Source of the DNA: Mytilus californianus
Lineage: Eukaryota
Length of the DNA stretch: 64,000 nt
Reading direction: 5' to 3'
Assembly: GCF_021869535.1 (NCBI RefSeq)
Contig: NW_026262581.1
Coordinates: 122,202,001 to 122,266,000 of the forward strand
Shown here: one piece after another, positions 1 to 13,820 of the stretch
Numbering within the stretch: position 1 is the stretch's first letter
Layout: every line of letters starts with the position of its first letter
Program-made: the position numbers and the translations under genes
The notes under the pieces: generated by a model
The model's database searches: none
Seen by the model: only the letters and a program-made list of their open reading frames with translations
What the model was told of the DNA's origin: nothing

Positions 1-2780
1 GTCTCTTTTGTCCAGAGACTTGTAAAATATTGCAAGGAGCATCATATTGTTTCCCGTAAATTTGTTGTTTTTGATAATTCCTTGATATGAAAAAAAAAAG
101 TTACCTAATGATAGCGTTTCTTTGTTTATATTGAAAATGACGTCACAATAAAAATCCCTAACAACAGGACCATCATCAGAAACGTTTCCGTATTTCTGTT
201 TCTTTTTTAACAGATTCTGAACTAAAATTTGCTTGAATTAAAACAAATAATGTATACAGACTTCGTCCCCTTTCACAGGTAACGCCTGCCTCACATTAGA
301 CAGAAATGTGTGAAAATTTGAGTTTTTACAAATGATATAATTTCAACAATATGTCCAACTTTCAAAGATTGACCTTTTTGGTCAGTACTTCAAGTACTAT
401 ATATAAATGGAGCCAATACTAAGAGAAAAACAATTGCATTTCATTTCTGGATAATATCTTAACCCTTAGAGTGCTACGTTTTTTGTTGTTGTTAAAATAC
501 CGTTGAGTGCCATGTGATAGGCCCTAGATTTGAAATTTGAACGGAAAAGGTCATAAAGAAGTGTAACAATGCACAAATGCCATGCAATATATTGTTTCCG
601 TATGGAAACCATTCTGTTTCGACAATTGGCGTTTGTCAGTTAGATTTCTTAAGGTAACAGGTTCATAAATGGGCAATACAACAGATTTTTTAAAGAAATT
701 TTGAAGGCAAATTGATCCATTAAAACCGCAGATAAATATTCATAAAGTATGCAAGAAGAAATTCGACCTTCAAAGATAAAGGAATCAGAATATTCTATAA
801 AACGTAGTACAAGTATATATATTGATGCACATAAATACCGCAAACACTATTGAATAATTTGATTTTAAATTGACTTTTCTTCAAGACATGTACAGCAAAT
901 TTTCTTTTAAAAAATATATTTCATTGTCACTTAAATTTCCGTTTTGTTGATTATATAAAATTTACAGGGGCTACCAAATTCATTTTTGTTGTATGCATCG
1001 ATCTTTCAAATGCATATGTTTCATCCTATACATGATTTTGCCACAGCGTTTTCAGTTTCTCTTTGAACTCTTTGAATGTTTTGGGTGTTCTTTTGGTACC
1101 TTCCACATCTTTTTCAAAGTCAAAGTTGCTGAATTTCTTGCAATATTTACAAGTATTCTATACTTTCGTACCTCAGATTTTCAAATATCTAATTTGCTAT
1201 ACATATCGGAGAGTAAATAGCTACATATATCATTTTTCTATACTGATAGGTGTCTGTCTGTTGACTCTGACCTTGTGCATCTTGTGTTATCTTGATGAAT
1301 AAAATATTTGCCACTGGACATTAAGTAGCCAAGAATCAAGTAGTTAATCCATAATTTCACAAACATTTGTACTTTGGATAGACTTTTAAACATCTAATGT
1401 TTAATTTTTCTGTTCTTTTTTTGTGAAATTGTTTTTTTTTGTTCATGTTGTTTATTGTTAAACTCAGGACACCAAGATCAAAATTAGATTTGCCACTTCT
1501 ATGTTGTGAAAATATTTTTTTAAGGTATGAGTGAAAACCATTGCAGTCACAGTGATCATTATTTTTGTTTAGCACGGTTGTCACACGTTTGTTTTTTTTT
1601 TTAGTGTTTTGCAAAAAGTATTCGTCATCTACGATCTTTTGCTAAATCAAATGAAAACACATTTTATAAAGTATTATTTTGAATGCATATATAATAATGT
1701 ATGGTTAGATTGTAACAAACTAAGAGTTGAAAAAAAAAAATTGTTTGTAGTGTATTTGTCTATTTGATCATAACGTTGTTTTCTTTCGTTTTATCATGAT
1801 GTTGTCATGTATAATTATATATTTATTTTAACTGTACAACAAATTTCCTGACAAAAATAATAATTGTGTTTATATCATTAGTAGAGGAAAACGCTTCTCA
1901 TAAAAAATATAATCAAACAGCAAATATGACAATTTTCTTTCTATTGGTACCAAGTTGATTAAATTCCAGCCAGAACTGATCCCACAATATTTTTTGGAAA
2001 ATACAGTTTTAAGGGAAATATATGACAAAAAAAAACTACATAGGTGATGAATATTCATTGCATATCATTGTAAATGTAATCGGAACATGCTTCATTGTTA
2101 TCTTTGTGCCACTTTGTCTGTAAGTATTGTTTGTTTTGTTTAGCTGATGAGAGATTTTATATAACCTCATATGCATTCAATAAAGTTAAAGAGAAAAAAG
2201 AAAACCCGACGAAATTTATCAAATTCAAGTTACGGCATTGAACACACATTTTCAATAGTTGATACAGGTAATTTTTTTTGAAAGTTACTAATGTTAAATG
2301 TTTATTTTAGTAATCCGCACTCTAGCATTATGAATTGTTCATTATTACGTAACTTCAAAATTCTGTTGGCCTTTGGGCCTCACCAGTGGTACTCAAAGAT
2401 AGTGTTATTGAATAGGTCTGATAGGCCGTATGGCAGAGAAAAGGTTAAGTATAAATAAGAAGATGTGGTATGAGTGCCAATGAGACAACTCTCCATCCAA
2501 ATCAGACTTTTAACAATATTAGGTGATATTGCAGCTTAGGATGAAAAGAACTTCTAGTATTGATTTTGAGATAATTTGGGCAAAGGTCAAGTAACAACAG
2601 CATCTAACATGTCTAACAGACCATAACTTGGTCAACTATTTGTTTTCCAACTTTTGAAATAAACTGTCAGGAGACAGAAAATCCAAACAATACGAAAGCA
2701 CCTGACACAAATGTATAAAAGATTGCCAAATATACCAAAAGAAAATAAAAGATTGAAAGACAAATATAGTCCAAAACAAT

Positions 2781-3275
2781 GAATGAAAACTTAAGTCTGA
2801 GTAACATAACCTCCCACATTACCCAAGATAAACCTGCAGTTCCTGCATCACTAGTGGTTCTACATAAGTTGTAACAAAGAATGAAAACTTAAGTCTGAGT
2901 AACATAACCTCCCACATTACCCAAGATGAACCTGCAGTTCCTGCATCACTAGTGGTTCTACATAAGTTGTAACAAGGAATGAAAACTTAAGTCTGAGTAA
3001 CATAACCTCCCACATTACCCAAGATGAACCTGCAGTTCCTGCATCACTAGTGGTTCTACATAAGTTGTAACAAGGAATGAAAACTTAAGTCTGAGTAACA
3101 TAACCTCCCACATTACCCAAGATGAACCTGCAGTTCCTGCATCACTAGTGGTTCTACATAAGTTGTAACAAGGAATGAAAACTTAAGTCTGAGTAACATA
3201 ACCCCCTTCATTACCCAACATGAACTTGCAGTTCCTGCATCACTAGTGGTTCTACATAAGTTGTAACAAGGAATG
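2781..3275. repeat. Tandem repeat, 5 x 98 bp
   Basis: Units starting GAATGAAAACTTAAGTCTGAG begin at 2781, 2879, 2977, 3075 and 3173. Units 2-4 are essentially identical and unit 5 is more diverged. Confidence 0.95.
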
Positions 3276-3696
3276 GAGGACAGGTTTGTGGCTAAAACAA
3301 GAGTAGAATCAGATAAATTGGTCAGATATCTCATAAAATTTAAGATGACTCTTTTAATATAAATCTTTTTTTTTTAACATTAACAAATCCTTCATTACAC
3401 TATCTAGTTATTAACAACTGCCCTATATAGCAAAACCATTCTATATGGGTTTATCCCTGTGTGTTAGTGCACAATTGAACCAGGGGATTTACTTGATGAA
3501 ATTATGTTCTTCTTTGCTTAAGTTATACAATACATTATTACATTTATTTCAACTTTGTGGATATCTGTTTTCTCTGTTTATAAATCTTTTTAAATGAGAC
3601 AATGCACCAGAAATCTAACTAGACCTTGTAGACTTGCTGCTTTCATTGCATAATGTGATATTAAATAATAGTGTGTATTTAATTTTGTAGAGAATT

Positions 3697-6600
3697 ATGA
3701 CAACTATGGAAGAATATAGAGACCTTCAGGAAAAGTTTGTAGCCAACCACACAGGAACCAGTGTATTAGAAATTTCAGTTGTTTTATCAGTTCCAGTTGT
3801 GTCTGTATTTCTTAGAAGAGCTTTACTGTTAGCCTTTCATATTCATGCACAGTTTTCATTGGGCCAGTCAAGTGTTTGGTATAGTATTTTTATATAAATT
3901 TCATCAATATGATTTATGTATGGTACAAGAATGAAATCAAATAAATAGCACCTGAATTTAACAGAATCTAAGAATTTATCAAACAACAAAATAGTGTTTC
4001 CTTTAAAATGTAAACTGAAGTTAGAACCTATCCACTAACATATCAGAGGATACATGTAATATGTAGCTAAGACAATGAAATAAAAGATATATGCATATTT
4101 TAGTAAAGCACATTTTTACATATATCGCTGTGATTGTTTGTTTATTCTTCTTTAAGATTTTTATACGGCGGTCGTATATTGGTATGACGTTGGCGTCGTC
4201 GTCGTCGTCCGAAGACAAATTGGTTTACGCACTCTAACTTTAGTTTAAGTGAATGGATCTCTATGAAATTTTACCATAAGGTTCAATACCACAAAAGGAA
4301 GGTGTGGATTGATTTTGGGGGTTATGGTACCAACAGTTAAGGAATTAGGGGCCAAAAAGGGTCCAAAAATAAGCATTTTTGTAACTTCCAGACATAACTT
4401 GTGTGTTAGTGTATGGATCTCTCTGACATTGTACCATAAGGTTCCATATCACAAAGGGAATGCTGGGATTGATTTTGGGGGTAATTGCCTCCAAATTTTA
4501 GGAATTAGGGGCAAAAAAGGGGCAAAAAACAAGCATTTATCTAGTTTCATGACAATAACTTGTGTGTAAGTGTATGGATCTCTCTGACATTGTACCACAA
4601 GGTTCCCTATCACAAAGGGAGTGCTGGGATTGATTTTGGGGGTAATTGCCTCCAAATTTTAGGAATTAGGGGCCAAAAAGGGGCAAAAAACAAGCATTTT
4701 TCTAGTTTCATGACAATAACTTGTGTCTAAGTGTATGGATCTTTATGAAATTGTACTACAAGGTTCCATATCACAAAGGGAAAGCTGGAATTGAGTTTGG
4801 GCGTAATTGCCCAAAACATTTAGGAATTAGGGGCCAAAAGGGGCCAAAAATAAGCATTTTTCTAGTTTCCAGACAATAACTTGTGTTCAAGTGTATGGAT
4901 CTCTCTGAAATTGAACTGTTAGGTACCATACCACAAAGGGAAGGCTGGGATTGATTTTGGGGGTAATTCCCTCAAAATTTTAGGAATTAGGGGCCATAAA
5001 GGGGCAAAAAAACAAGCATTTTTCTAGTTTCAGGACAATAACTTGTGTGTAAGTGTATGGATCTTTATGAAATTGTACTGCAAGGTTCCATATCACAAAG
5101 GGAAAGCTGGGTTTGAGTTTGGGGGTAATTGCCCTAAACGTTTAGGAATTTGGGGCCAAAAAGGGGCAAAAAAACAAGCATTTTTCTAGTTTCCAGACAA
5201 TAACTTGTGTTCAAGTGTATGGATCTCTCTGAAATTGTACTGCAAGGTACCATACCACAAAGGGAAGGCTGGGATTGAGTTTGGGGCCGATGAATCATAA
5301 GGGGGTTAAAAAAATTTGGGGGGGGATTTTTTTTTTCCTTTTTTTTCTTTAAAATTTTCCATTATAAATTGGTTATTTCTGATTTATATATAAAAGCAAA
5401 TAATAATGATATGGTTTGAATAGGTAAATTAAAAAATTTTAAGTTCTTAGACCACATTCATTCTGTGTCAGAAACCTATGCTGTGTCAAATATTTAATTA
5501 CAATCCAAATTCAGTGCTGTATCAAGCTTGAATGTTGTGTCCATACTTGCCCCAACTGTTCAGGGTTCGACCTCTGCGGTCGTATCAAGCTGCGCCCCAG
5601 CAGGAGCATTTTATTTGTATTTGATTTGTGTCAAAATGAAATATAATCAAAAGATAATTCAATTTAATGTTTATGGATGATTTTTTTTGTTAATGATAAG
5701 TTTTCCATCTTTACAAATTAAGTATAGTGCACAGAAAAATAAAATGCAAATTCATTCCAACTTTGAACAATTTAATACAAGAAGTTTAAGCTGAAAAAAA
5801 TAGCATTTTTTTGTTAATTTTTATGATTCGGAACACAAAAACTAAACGAATGCTAGATAAAAATTAAGTGGAGGATAAAAATTTAGAATAGTCTGGTAAC
5901 CTGAAACATAATATTCATGTTTTAAGCTTATATGAAAAGTACATATTTTGCAGGAGGATTTTTATGATTGACTTTTTGTGTTTGGTGCTGCCAACACTCT
6001 TGTCAGCTACCACTCATTCAGAAAGTCTTTATTTCCTATTCTCTTCTGTACTGGTGGTAGCAAGTGGTTCCATCATTTTGCAGTGTTACAGAATTCCAGG
6101 TTTAACATGGAAACATGCAAAGACAAGAGTGAAAGACTTCCCAGCAATCGAAATAAATGACAGGTTTCAGTTCATATCCAATTTTAAAGCCTACACTTTG
6201 ATAGGAACAGTGATTTCAATATTAGCCGTAGATTTTACAGTCTTTCCTAGAAGATTCTGTAAAACTGAGACTTATGGCACAGGATTAATGGATGCTGGTG
6301 TTGGGTTGTTTGTTGTTTCCAATGCAGTTGTGTCTCCTGAGGCACGAAACAAAATGACACAAGGTCAGAATAGGTAGAGTATAATTGTATTTTTAAAAAC
6401 ACATTTTAAATATATCATTACAATTAGAAATCACAACCATATATTCATATTAAATCACATGTGATTTTTTTTTATCTACAGAACAAGTTTTCCTTGAGAC
6501 TAATTAATACCACAATCTTGATTAAAATACTTTCTTGTGTCCATGCTCCGCTTATAAGGATCTGAAAACATTGCGTTCTACTTTCTATTTTAAAGACCTT

Positions 6601-9600
6601 TCTGGATCCTCTGGTTTTATTATAATGTTACACACCTTCAAAAATTTGAAGGCAGGACTTCATTGGCTGATGTAATAATTAACAGAAGGGAAAATGGAAC
6701 AGAGTGTTGTTGTATCTGTGTAAGCAGAGCTTTGACACAGAATCTGGGGCTCTTTTCACAAAAAATCTTAAGACTAAAATAGGTTGTAAGTTATACTAAA
6801 ATGTTCATGACTAAAGAGTATTTTTGCTTGTAAGATTTTTTGTGAATTGAGTCGCTGTATTTTAATCAGATTTTCAGTACCAGGGATTGGCTACTAGTGA
6901 AATCTCATGTTTGTCTCAAATAAGTTTTTGAAAGATTTCATATGAAATATTTTTAGCCTAAAAAAGGTAGAATGTATTTTATAAATGTAACATGTTCTTT
7001 TCCATAACGGCCCTGGAATCATCCTGAGACTCCCATATTAGCCCAAGGTGCCAGCTGAGGGCTCATATCGGTGGAGGGATGATACCAGGGGCCCATATGG
7101 AAAAGGACATCAATTTATCACATATTATACAAATGCTTAGTAGAAAGAATTTTATCACTCCATCTGGCAAGATCATATATTTTTGTCCTCCACTGAAATA
7201 ATTCTGCTGTCATTTTAATCAAAGTTCCTCATACGTCATTGTTATTATAAATGCTTATGACGTCATTACAGGGCACAATAACCATTTAAATGCCCTGGGC
7301 AGGAATATGACTAGGGCAAATCTGCGTTTATTGCATATGCAAAACCCAATGTTTTCGTAACAAATATGTGATAAAATTTTAAATTGATATTTTTGCAGTT
7401 AATCTTAATATCTCCCTAAGTCAATGGAAATAAATGTATTATATCCCCCTTGGAGTGTGGAAGTAACTGTAAATAGTGTGCAGTATACTCTTATAGTACA
7501 GTGCAATGTTGTTTGATAAGGATGACATTATACAATTATGGCCCGTTGAAAAGGTGAATATCCAAAATTGTCAACACGAGAAGGTTATTTCACTGAGGGC
7601 GCAGCCCGAAGTGAAATAACTTTTAAGGGTTGACAATTTTGGATATTCATCGCTTCTAAGGGGCCAGAATTGTTTTATTATACCGAACTAACAGTGGAAG
7701 GGCATTTTGAATCATTGTAAAAACACTTACCCTTACTTGAGTCAGTAACAAACACAAGTTGACGTTCAAAAATACATGTAATTTGTGTCTTAGAATTCTC
7801 GTATGTACACCAAAGGTAGATTCTTTTTGTAAAATATTGATGGCTCTGAAAAGGACCGTTATTAGAGATATCATCGGCACAAGATGCATGTCAAAAGCCT
7901 TATTTCCTCTTCTCTCGATCAATGGGCTTCCTGTAACTTGAACGTTGCCATTTTGTTTATTTACGTCTGTGACGTCATTTTCATTAGTACAAATCAACAA
8001 ACTAAAAAGGTTATTCGCCGGTGAATAATAGGGTTATTCAACGCTGGTGTACATTTTTAGGGTTATTCGTTCTTCCTTGCAATTGAATGAAAATTAACTG
8101 AATTATTCCATGTCACATGATAACGTTTTACCCAATAGAATTGTTTGAAATATATGTAAGGTATAATAATATTAGTTAGTAGGTAAATGTTATCTTTTGT
8201 AATTTTGTTTCAAAAGTTTAGTCATGCAAAAAAAAAAGTTATTGTATGAATATTGGTAAACAATATCACCCTAAGAATATTGCACTCAAAATCTTATGCA
8301 ATATAATATTTTACTGTTTATTTCACCAGTATTTTCTGCAATAACCATATATTTTTAGTCATGATTTTATTATAAAAAGTAACATGAAATGAATACATAT
8401 GAAAATATATAAAATTGTAAAACTGATATTTTATTTTATTTTAAAGGTTTTCCCAAGTCTATAAGTCTATCATATCAAGCCTTCCATTATTAGTATTAGG
8501 ATTAGCTAGAGTTATAACGACCAAAGGAGTGAACTACCAGGAACATGCAACAGAATATGGTACACATTGGAATTTCTTCTTTACTTTAGCAACTGTCAAG
8601 GTAATTGTTTTAGTATGACAAACACAAAAAAAAATAATATAGAAACACCTTGCTTAATGCTCTAATTTGTATGAATAAGCTTCTCTTTGTCAAGAACTAA
8701 TCGTTTATTCTTTATTTAATGAGTAGGAACACCAGATACCTTTGGCTATCTTTCTTTTACAAGTTGTGTCTGTTGCATGTGGGATACTACATGGAGATCA
8801 TTGTTTAGTATAATTATTCCTGAACCCTAGGTCCATGATTGTTGAAATCTCTGTAAGCTGTATCACAAATACTGCGCACATGATATTTATATGATTGTTT
8901 ACTGCCATTAATAGAAGGTGTGATGTAAATAAACATGGAATTGTTAGTTTGAAAATGAAGGTTGCTTACTATGTCTAACACTACAGACTGGAGGATCACA
9001 TTTAAAAATATGTCCACACTTTGTCTACAGTCTTGGTCAAATTAGCTGTATTATTATCCAGATGAGTGCATTATGTATGAAACTGCCACTTTATTAAAAA
9101 AGCAAAAGTGGTCCATTACAGACTAACAGGGCTTTAATACAGGGCCATTATGAATAAACAGAGTTATAATGAAAAAAACAGGGCTATTATGAAAAAACAG
9201 GGCCATTATGAGTATTCAGGGCTATTACGGATATTTGATTGCTATCAATTCAAATACATTTCTGGTGAAAAGAAACATCAAAAATTGAAAGTTCCCAAGA
9301 ATCCTGACTTATCTTATTTCACCCAGTTGTCAAGTCAATAATTACATAATAAATTCCATGATGTGTATCAATTTATTTATTTTTGAGAATGAAATCTTGT
9401 ATTTTGTCTTAAATTGCCATAAATTGCCTTGAAAAAGGACAACAATAAGACTATATATACATTTACATGTTATTCCATGACATCACTTTAAAAAGTTCTT
9501 TTTAATATTGCATTTGGTTTAATTATATATATTTAATTTCTCCACAAAAAAACTGATTTGGCTTGGTTAAATATTACAAATTGACGGTTTGGATAATAAA

Positions 9601-12600
9601 AATGTTAAGAAATGGGTGTTTTCAAATTGACCCTGTTATTTGTACACGGTCAGTAATAATGGCCTCGGAGGTTGTTATGTACTTTGGTGTTGCCCTATGC
9701 CATTACAGGCATCCTTGTTCATTATAACAGACCTTGGACATATAACAGGGCCACTATGAAAACACTCATTAATTAATACTATATTAATAAACATATGATA
9801 ACAATATCAGTGCACACTTTCTGGAATAACCTTCCAATAACCAAAGTTTGGGAAGCTTAAAACATACATTAAGGGCCTTAACAACAACCAAAGCCATCTC
9901 AGGTCAGATTTTTCTAGAGGGAGTTGCAATTTTAAATTTATTCAATTTTTGCACCATTATCCTAGTTTTGAAAGGAAAACAATGTTATTTAAAATTCCAC
10001 AGATGTTGTCATTCTTGTATTTTGTCAGAGTTGTGTCCCCTATACCAGTAGGTATATTTATTGGACAACTCAATAGTTCTGGAGGATAACACTCCTAAAA
10101 CAATTCATGATGAAATCAGAGGCAGACTTGAGCCTTCGGTGTTTTTTTGCAAAGTTAATGAATGAGAGTTCATGTTTTTTGTAATTTCTTTACTTTGAGC
10201 AACGCTTTAATTCTACTATCAAAACTTGACTCTGATAAAAGTTTTTATAGATATTTTTTATTTTGAACTTTTAAGATAAATTAAAAGATATATGTCTATG
10301 AAAATAGCTGTATTCCTACGATTAGTTATCTGTCATTAAACTATTCACAAATTGTTATGAAACAAAACTGTTATTTAAAATATTATAGTTTACGGCCATT
10401 GCAATGAAATGAGCGCATGAATGAAACTTTTTCACTACAGTATTAATCATTACATACTAATACATTGTATAAACTTATATAGTTGTCATATACCTTGACC
10501 TCGTTAATGTATTGATTACTAACTTATTGCATCAATTATTTTCTTTTTTCAGATATTAGCCAGTATTTTAAGTTTTCTACTATCAGTAGTGTATTGGAAG
10601 TTTGTTGTGATTTTATTGTGTGTTGTACATCAATATTTACTGACATACAGAGGCCTGAGCCAGTACATTATACAGGTAAATAAAAGAACAGTTGTTGTTT
10701 TGCCCATTGTGGATAATATATATATTTGCTATTGACTGTTTAGCAAACAACAATCAAGCAAATGAAAGTATGCCACTGTCGATTCATCTGTCAGATCACA
10801 CTTTTAAAATAAAATAAGTAAAATTTACTTTTTATTTGCTTAGATACTACTAAGATTTTCTTGCCATTCAGAGAATCCATTATAGAGGCATCCTACTACA
10901 TGTGAAAACAAAAATTATCCCCCTTTTTCATAATAATTAAAGTTATGTAACTCCAAAATAACAATTCAAACAACTGTCAAAAAGACACTTATCATCACTA
11001 TACCTGTCTAATCAAATTTTTGAAATAAAGTTTAATGATCAATAAACAAAAATTTGACTTATTGTATTTTGTGTAAAAGTTGCTCATTTTTGTTAAACCC
11101 CTTAACTTCAAAATGACAATTAAAACAATCATCTAAACCAAAACAAGTGCTTTTATCAATCTTTCTATGCATTTTGTTAAATTTCCTGAAAATCAATCAA
11201 GCAAACTAAATTTTTTATAATAAAACTGAGTCAATCAAAAATAAAAGGTGTTATTAGTTTTATCTATAAATGCCAGGTAAGCAATACAGGCTTCTTGAAG
11301 TTATTACTTCTATTCATCTTCTATAAAATATGAAAAAAATGATAAAGAATAATTTTAGAAATTTACACCATTTACTGTTTCTAGGGCATAGATGGCCATG
11401 GTGGAAGACACGGAATATTAGACAGTAATAGAGAAGGCATCATTTCAAGTGTGGGTTATTTCATCATGTACTTGTTTGGGGTTGAGATAGGAAGATTAGT
11501 TTTTAAAAAGGAAAGGTTTGTATAAGAAATCATATATTTTTAAGTCTGCAGATCTTTCCTGACTTTTCTTCTAATTTGATCTGTGGTTTTAAAAGTTAAG
11601 AAAAGAATAGGAAGGAATAGCTAATATGAAAGATTAAAATTCCAAAATCACTGGGAGAAAAGTTTCTTGGTACAGGGTCTTTGCACCTGAAATTTGTGGG
11701 TTTAACCAGGTGTTATGGTGTTAAACTTAATGTTTAACTTCTGACATGTCTGACACTTATAGAAATGTATTATACCAAAATATCAAATAAACACAAACTT
11801 TTTTCTGCATCTTGATCTACACACAATTTACAGTAGTATATCGAATAGTCAAACTACTTATGCACTTGCATGTATGTCTTTGAAATTGCGTGATGAAACA
11901 GCATAGTACAATATAGCTGCAAGGTTCTTATGATATTTTTTGACATGTCCGCAAATTGTCAAAAAATATCATAAGGACCTATGAGCTATGGTTTTGCAGC
12001 TAAGGACAATATTGACTGATGTTAAGTTCCAAATTTATATGTACACAACCATCATATGATATGTATGGATTGCCAATTTATAAAGTAGCAAATCTTGCAC
12101 CTAACCAACACAAGAGGATTCCAACATCTCTGTTTATTCTATAAATAGTGACATAAGTAATCACACAATGCACTTGATACTTTTCCACATATTTATTTTG
12201 TATAATTATTACAGGAAAACAGTATCAGATTATATGAATCTGTTAGGAGTATTAGTTATATCAGCAGGATCTTTATTTACTGTATTACCATACCTGACAC
12301 AGATTGAACCTATATCAAGGAGATTTACTAATGTACCTTATGTTATATGGATGGTATGTTTGTATTTAATACAAAAACAATTTTAAAAGTTATAACAGTT
12401 CTTCATTCTTTAAGTGTAAGTTTGTGTTTACCTGTTATACATCTAATATAATGGATTCTTTGTTTCCCCTTAATGACAATTATTTACATTTTTTATCTTC
12501 ATTTATAAGATTGCAACTTTCGGAATATAAATTGTAAGAGCAATTCCTTGGGATAAGTTATGCTACATGTTTTATTTATCACACAGACTCAGTCAGTTGT

Positions 12601-13820
12601 GAAAACACGGAAGACACTTACTTGGTGGGCAATATAAATGGTAAAAAGAAGGCATGTAGAAATCATGAACTATTTATGAGTTCTAGTGTGCACACTATTG
12701 TGTTTGTACATTTTGAAAAAATCCCTTTGAAAGATGTCATGTTGAAATCATGATTTCTTCCTGCTATACACACAAGCAAACCTGTTAAAATATTAAGGTT
12801 TGATGAGGTCCTATACATTTAATGACAAAATAAGAAGAATATGGATAAAAATGGGTAGAACAATTGGTTTATACACAGAAGCATGCAAATACATGTACAA
12901 AGAGAACAGAAAGATGGCATTCCAACAGTTAATTTTGAAAATGTTCATCGAAGACAAACTTTTTAAAAGTAGATAACAGTTTTTTCTCAATGATCTTTGA
13001 TTGGAAACATAACATGACATGATGACCACATATTAGTTTTGCTATCTGATGTATTCCATAGTCATTATGTTTCTGCTTTGCACCAGCAAATTATTAAATG
13101 AATTTTATTTTGTTTTAGATTGGAATATGTTTACAGCTAATGGCTTCTTATTTGTTAATAGATTTGATTTTCCTCTTTCTCAAAAGTTTACAAAATAAAA
13201 AAGAAAAAGGTGAGTTGATTTCATGCTCTATATTGTAAATATGATTAAGTATGATTTCCAATGAGACAACTCTCCACCAGAGACCAAATGACTTAGAAGA
13301 TAACAACTATAGGTCACCATACAGCCTTCTATAATAAGCAAAACCCATACCGCATAGTAATGTTTGTTTTGTTCAATGCATTATTTATTTTGATGAGCCA
13401 AACTCAGTTGTTTTGAAATCTCATTTAACTCAAGTAGAACAAACGTGTCAAAGTTTGAAATGCATGAAAATTTGAAAGGAAAAGAAAGAGTCAAATAATG
13501 AAATTTTATTTTCATGTTATATTGAAAATTAAAATGACATGTTAATTGTTTCCTTCATACAGTTTAAAACACTTGAAGTTTTGATTGTTACAGGTATAAA
13601 AGAAGATAAAGTATTGTACAGTTTAATAGATGCTGTGAACTACAATGGCTTGTTATACTTTCTGATAGCCAATTTATTGACAGGGATAATTAACCTGAGT
13701 ATAAAAACTATTTTGGTGCCACCAATTTACAGTGTTATTATTATTGTTATTTATATGATTATATTATCAGTCGTATCATTTATTTTATATGTAAACAATG
13801 TTAAAATGAAATTCTGGTAA
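3697..13820 (+). CDS. PIGW: GPI inositol acyltransferase PIG-W (GWT1 family), 8 coding exons, 488 aa
   Basis: Exons 3697-3878, 5954-6373, 8447-8600, 10553-10675, 11385-11515, 12215-12353, 13119-13209 and 13594-13820. All introns are GT-AG with compatible phases, total 1467 nt. Family motifs: [100 protein letters not shown]. An acceptor AG at 3689-3690 implies an upstream 5'UTR exon. Confidence 0.95.
4158..5610 (+). mobile_element. Non-autonomous Helentron/HINE-like element with internal ~161-bp satellite, in PIGW intron 1
   Basis: 5' end TTTTTATACG..GTCGTATA followed by a (GTC)n microsatellite. 3' end TGCGGTCGTATCAA (subterminal inverted repeat) plus a short GC-rich stem. Internal units marked by GTATGGATCT at 4411, 4572, 4733, 4893, 5055 and 5217. 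Family assignment rests on architecture. Confidence 0.75.
6992..7110. repeat. Imperfect hairpin (foldback element remnant) in PIGW intron 2
   Basis: Arm ATGTTCTTTTCCATAACGGCCCTGGAATCATCC pairs with GGATGATACCAGGGGCCCATATGGAAAAGGACAT. Confidence 0.75.
7532..7673. repeat. Imperfect hairpin (foldback element remnant) in PIGW intron 2
   Basis: GGTGAATATCCAAAATTGTCAAC..GTTATTTCACT pairs with AGTGAAATAAC..GTTGACAATTTTGGATATTCATC around a GAGGGCGCAGCCCGA core. Confidence 0.8.
13249..13358 (+). repeat. Fragment of an abundant dispersed repeat associated with Penelope-like element termini
   Basis: CCAATGAGACAACTCTCCAC..AGACCAAATGAC..CAACTATAGGTCACC is shared with copies near 2460, 22385, 36136 and 48115. 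Confidence 0.75.

Noticed and set aside
1026-1157. Minus-strand open stretch NTCKYCKKFSNFDFEKDVEGTKRTPKTFKEFKEKLKTLWQNHV*, a possible last exon of a gene head-to-head with PIGW
   Set aside because: No polypyrimidine tract at the putative acceptor, stops upstream in all frames and no recognisable homology. It could be a decayed transposon ORF.
2781-3275. Regular repeats resembling a CRISPR array
   Set aside because: The units are contiguous with no unique spacers, the context is eukaryotic, and there are no cas genes.
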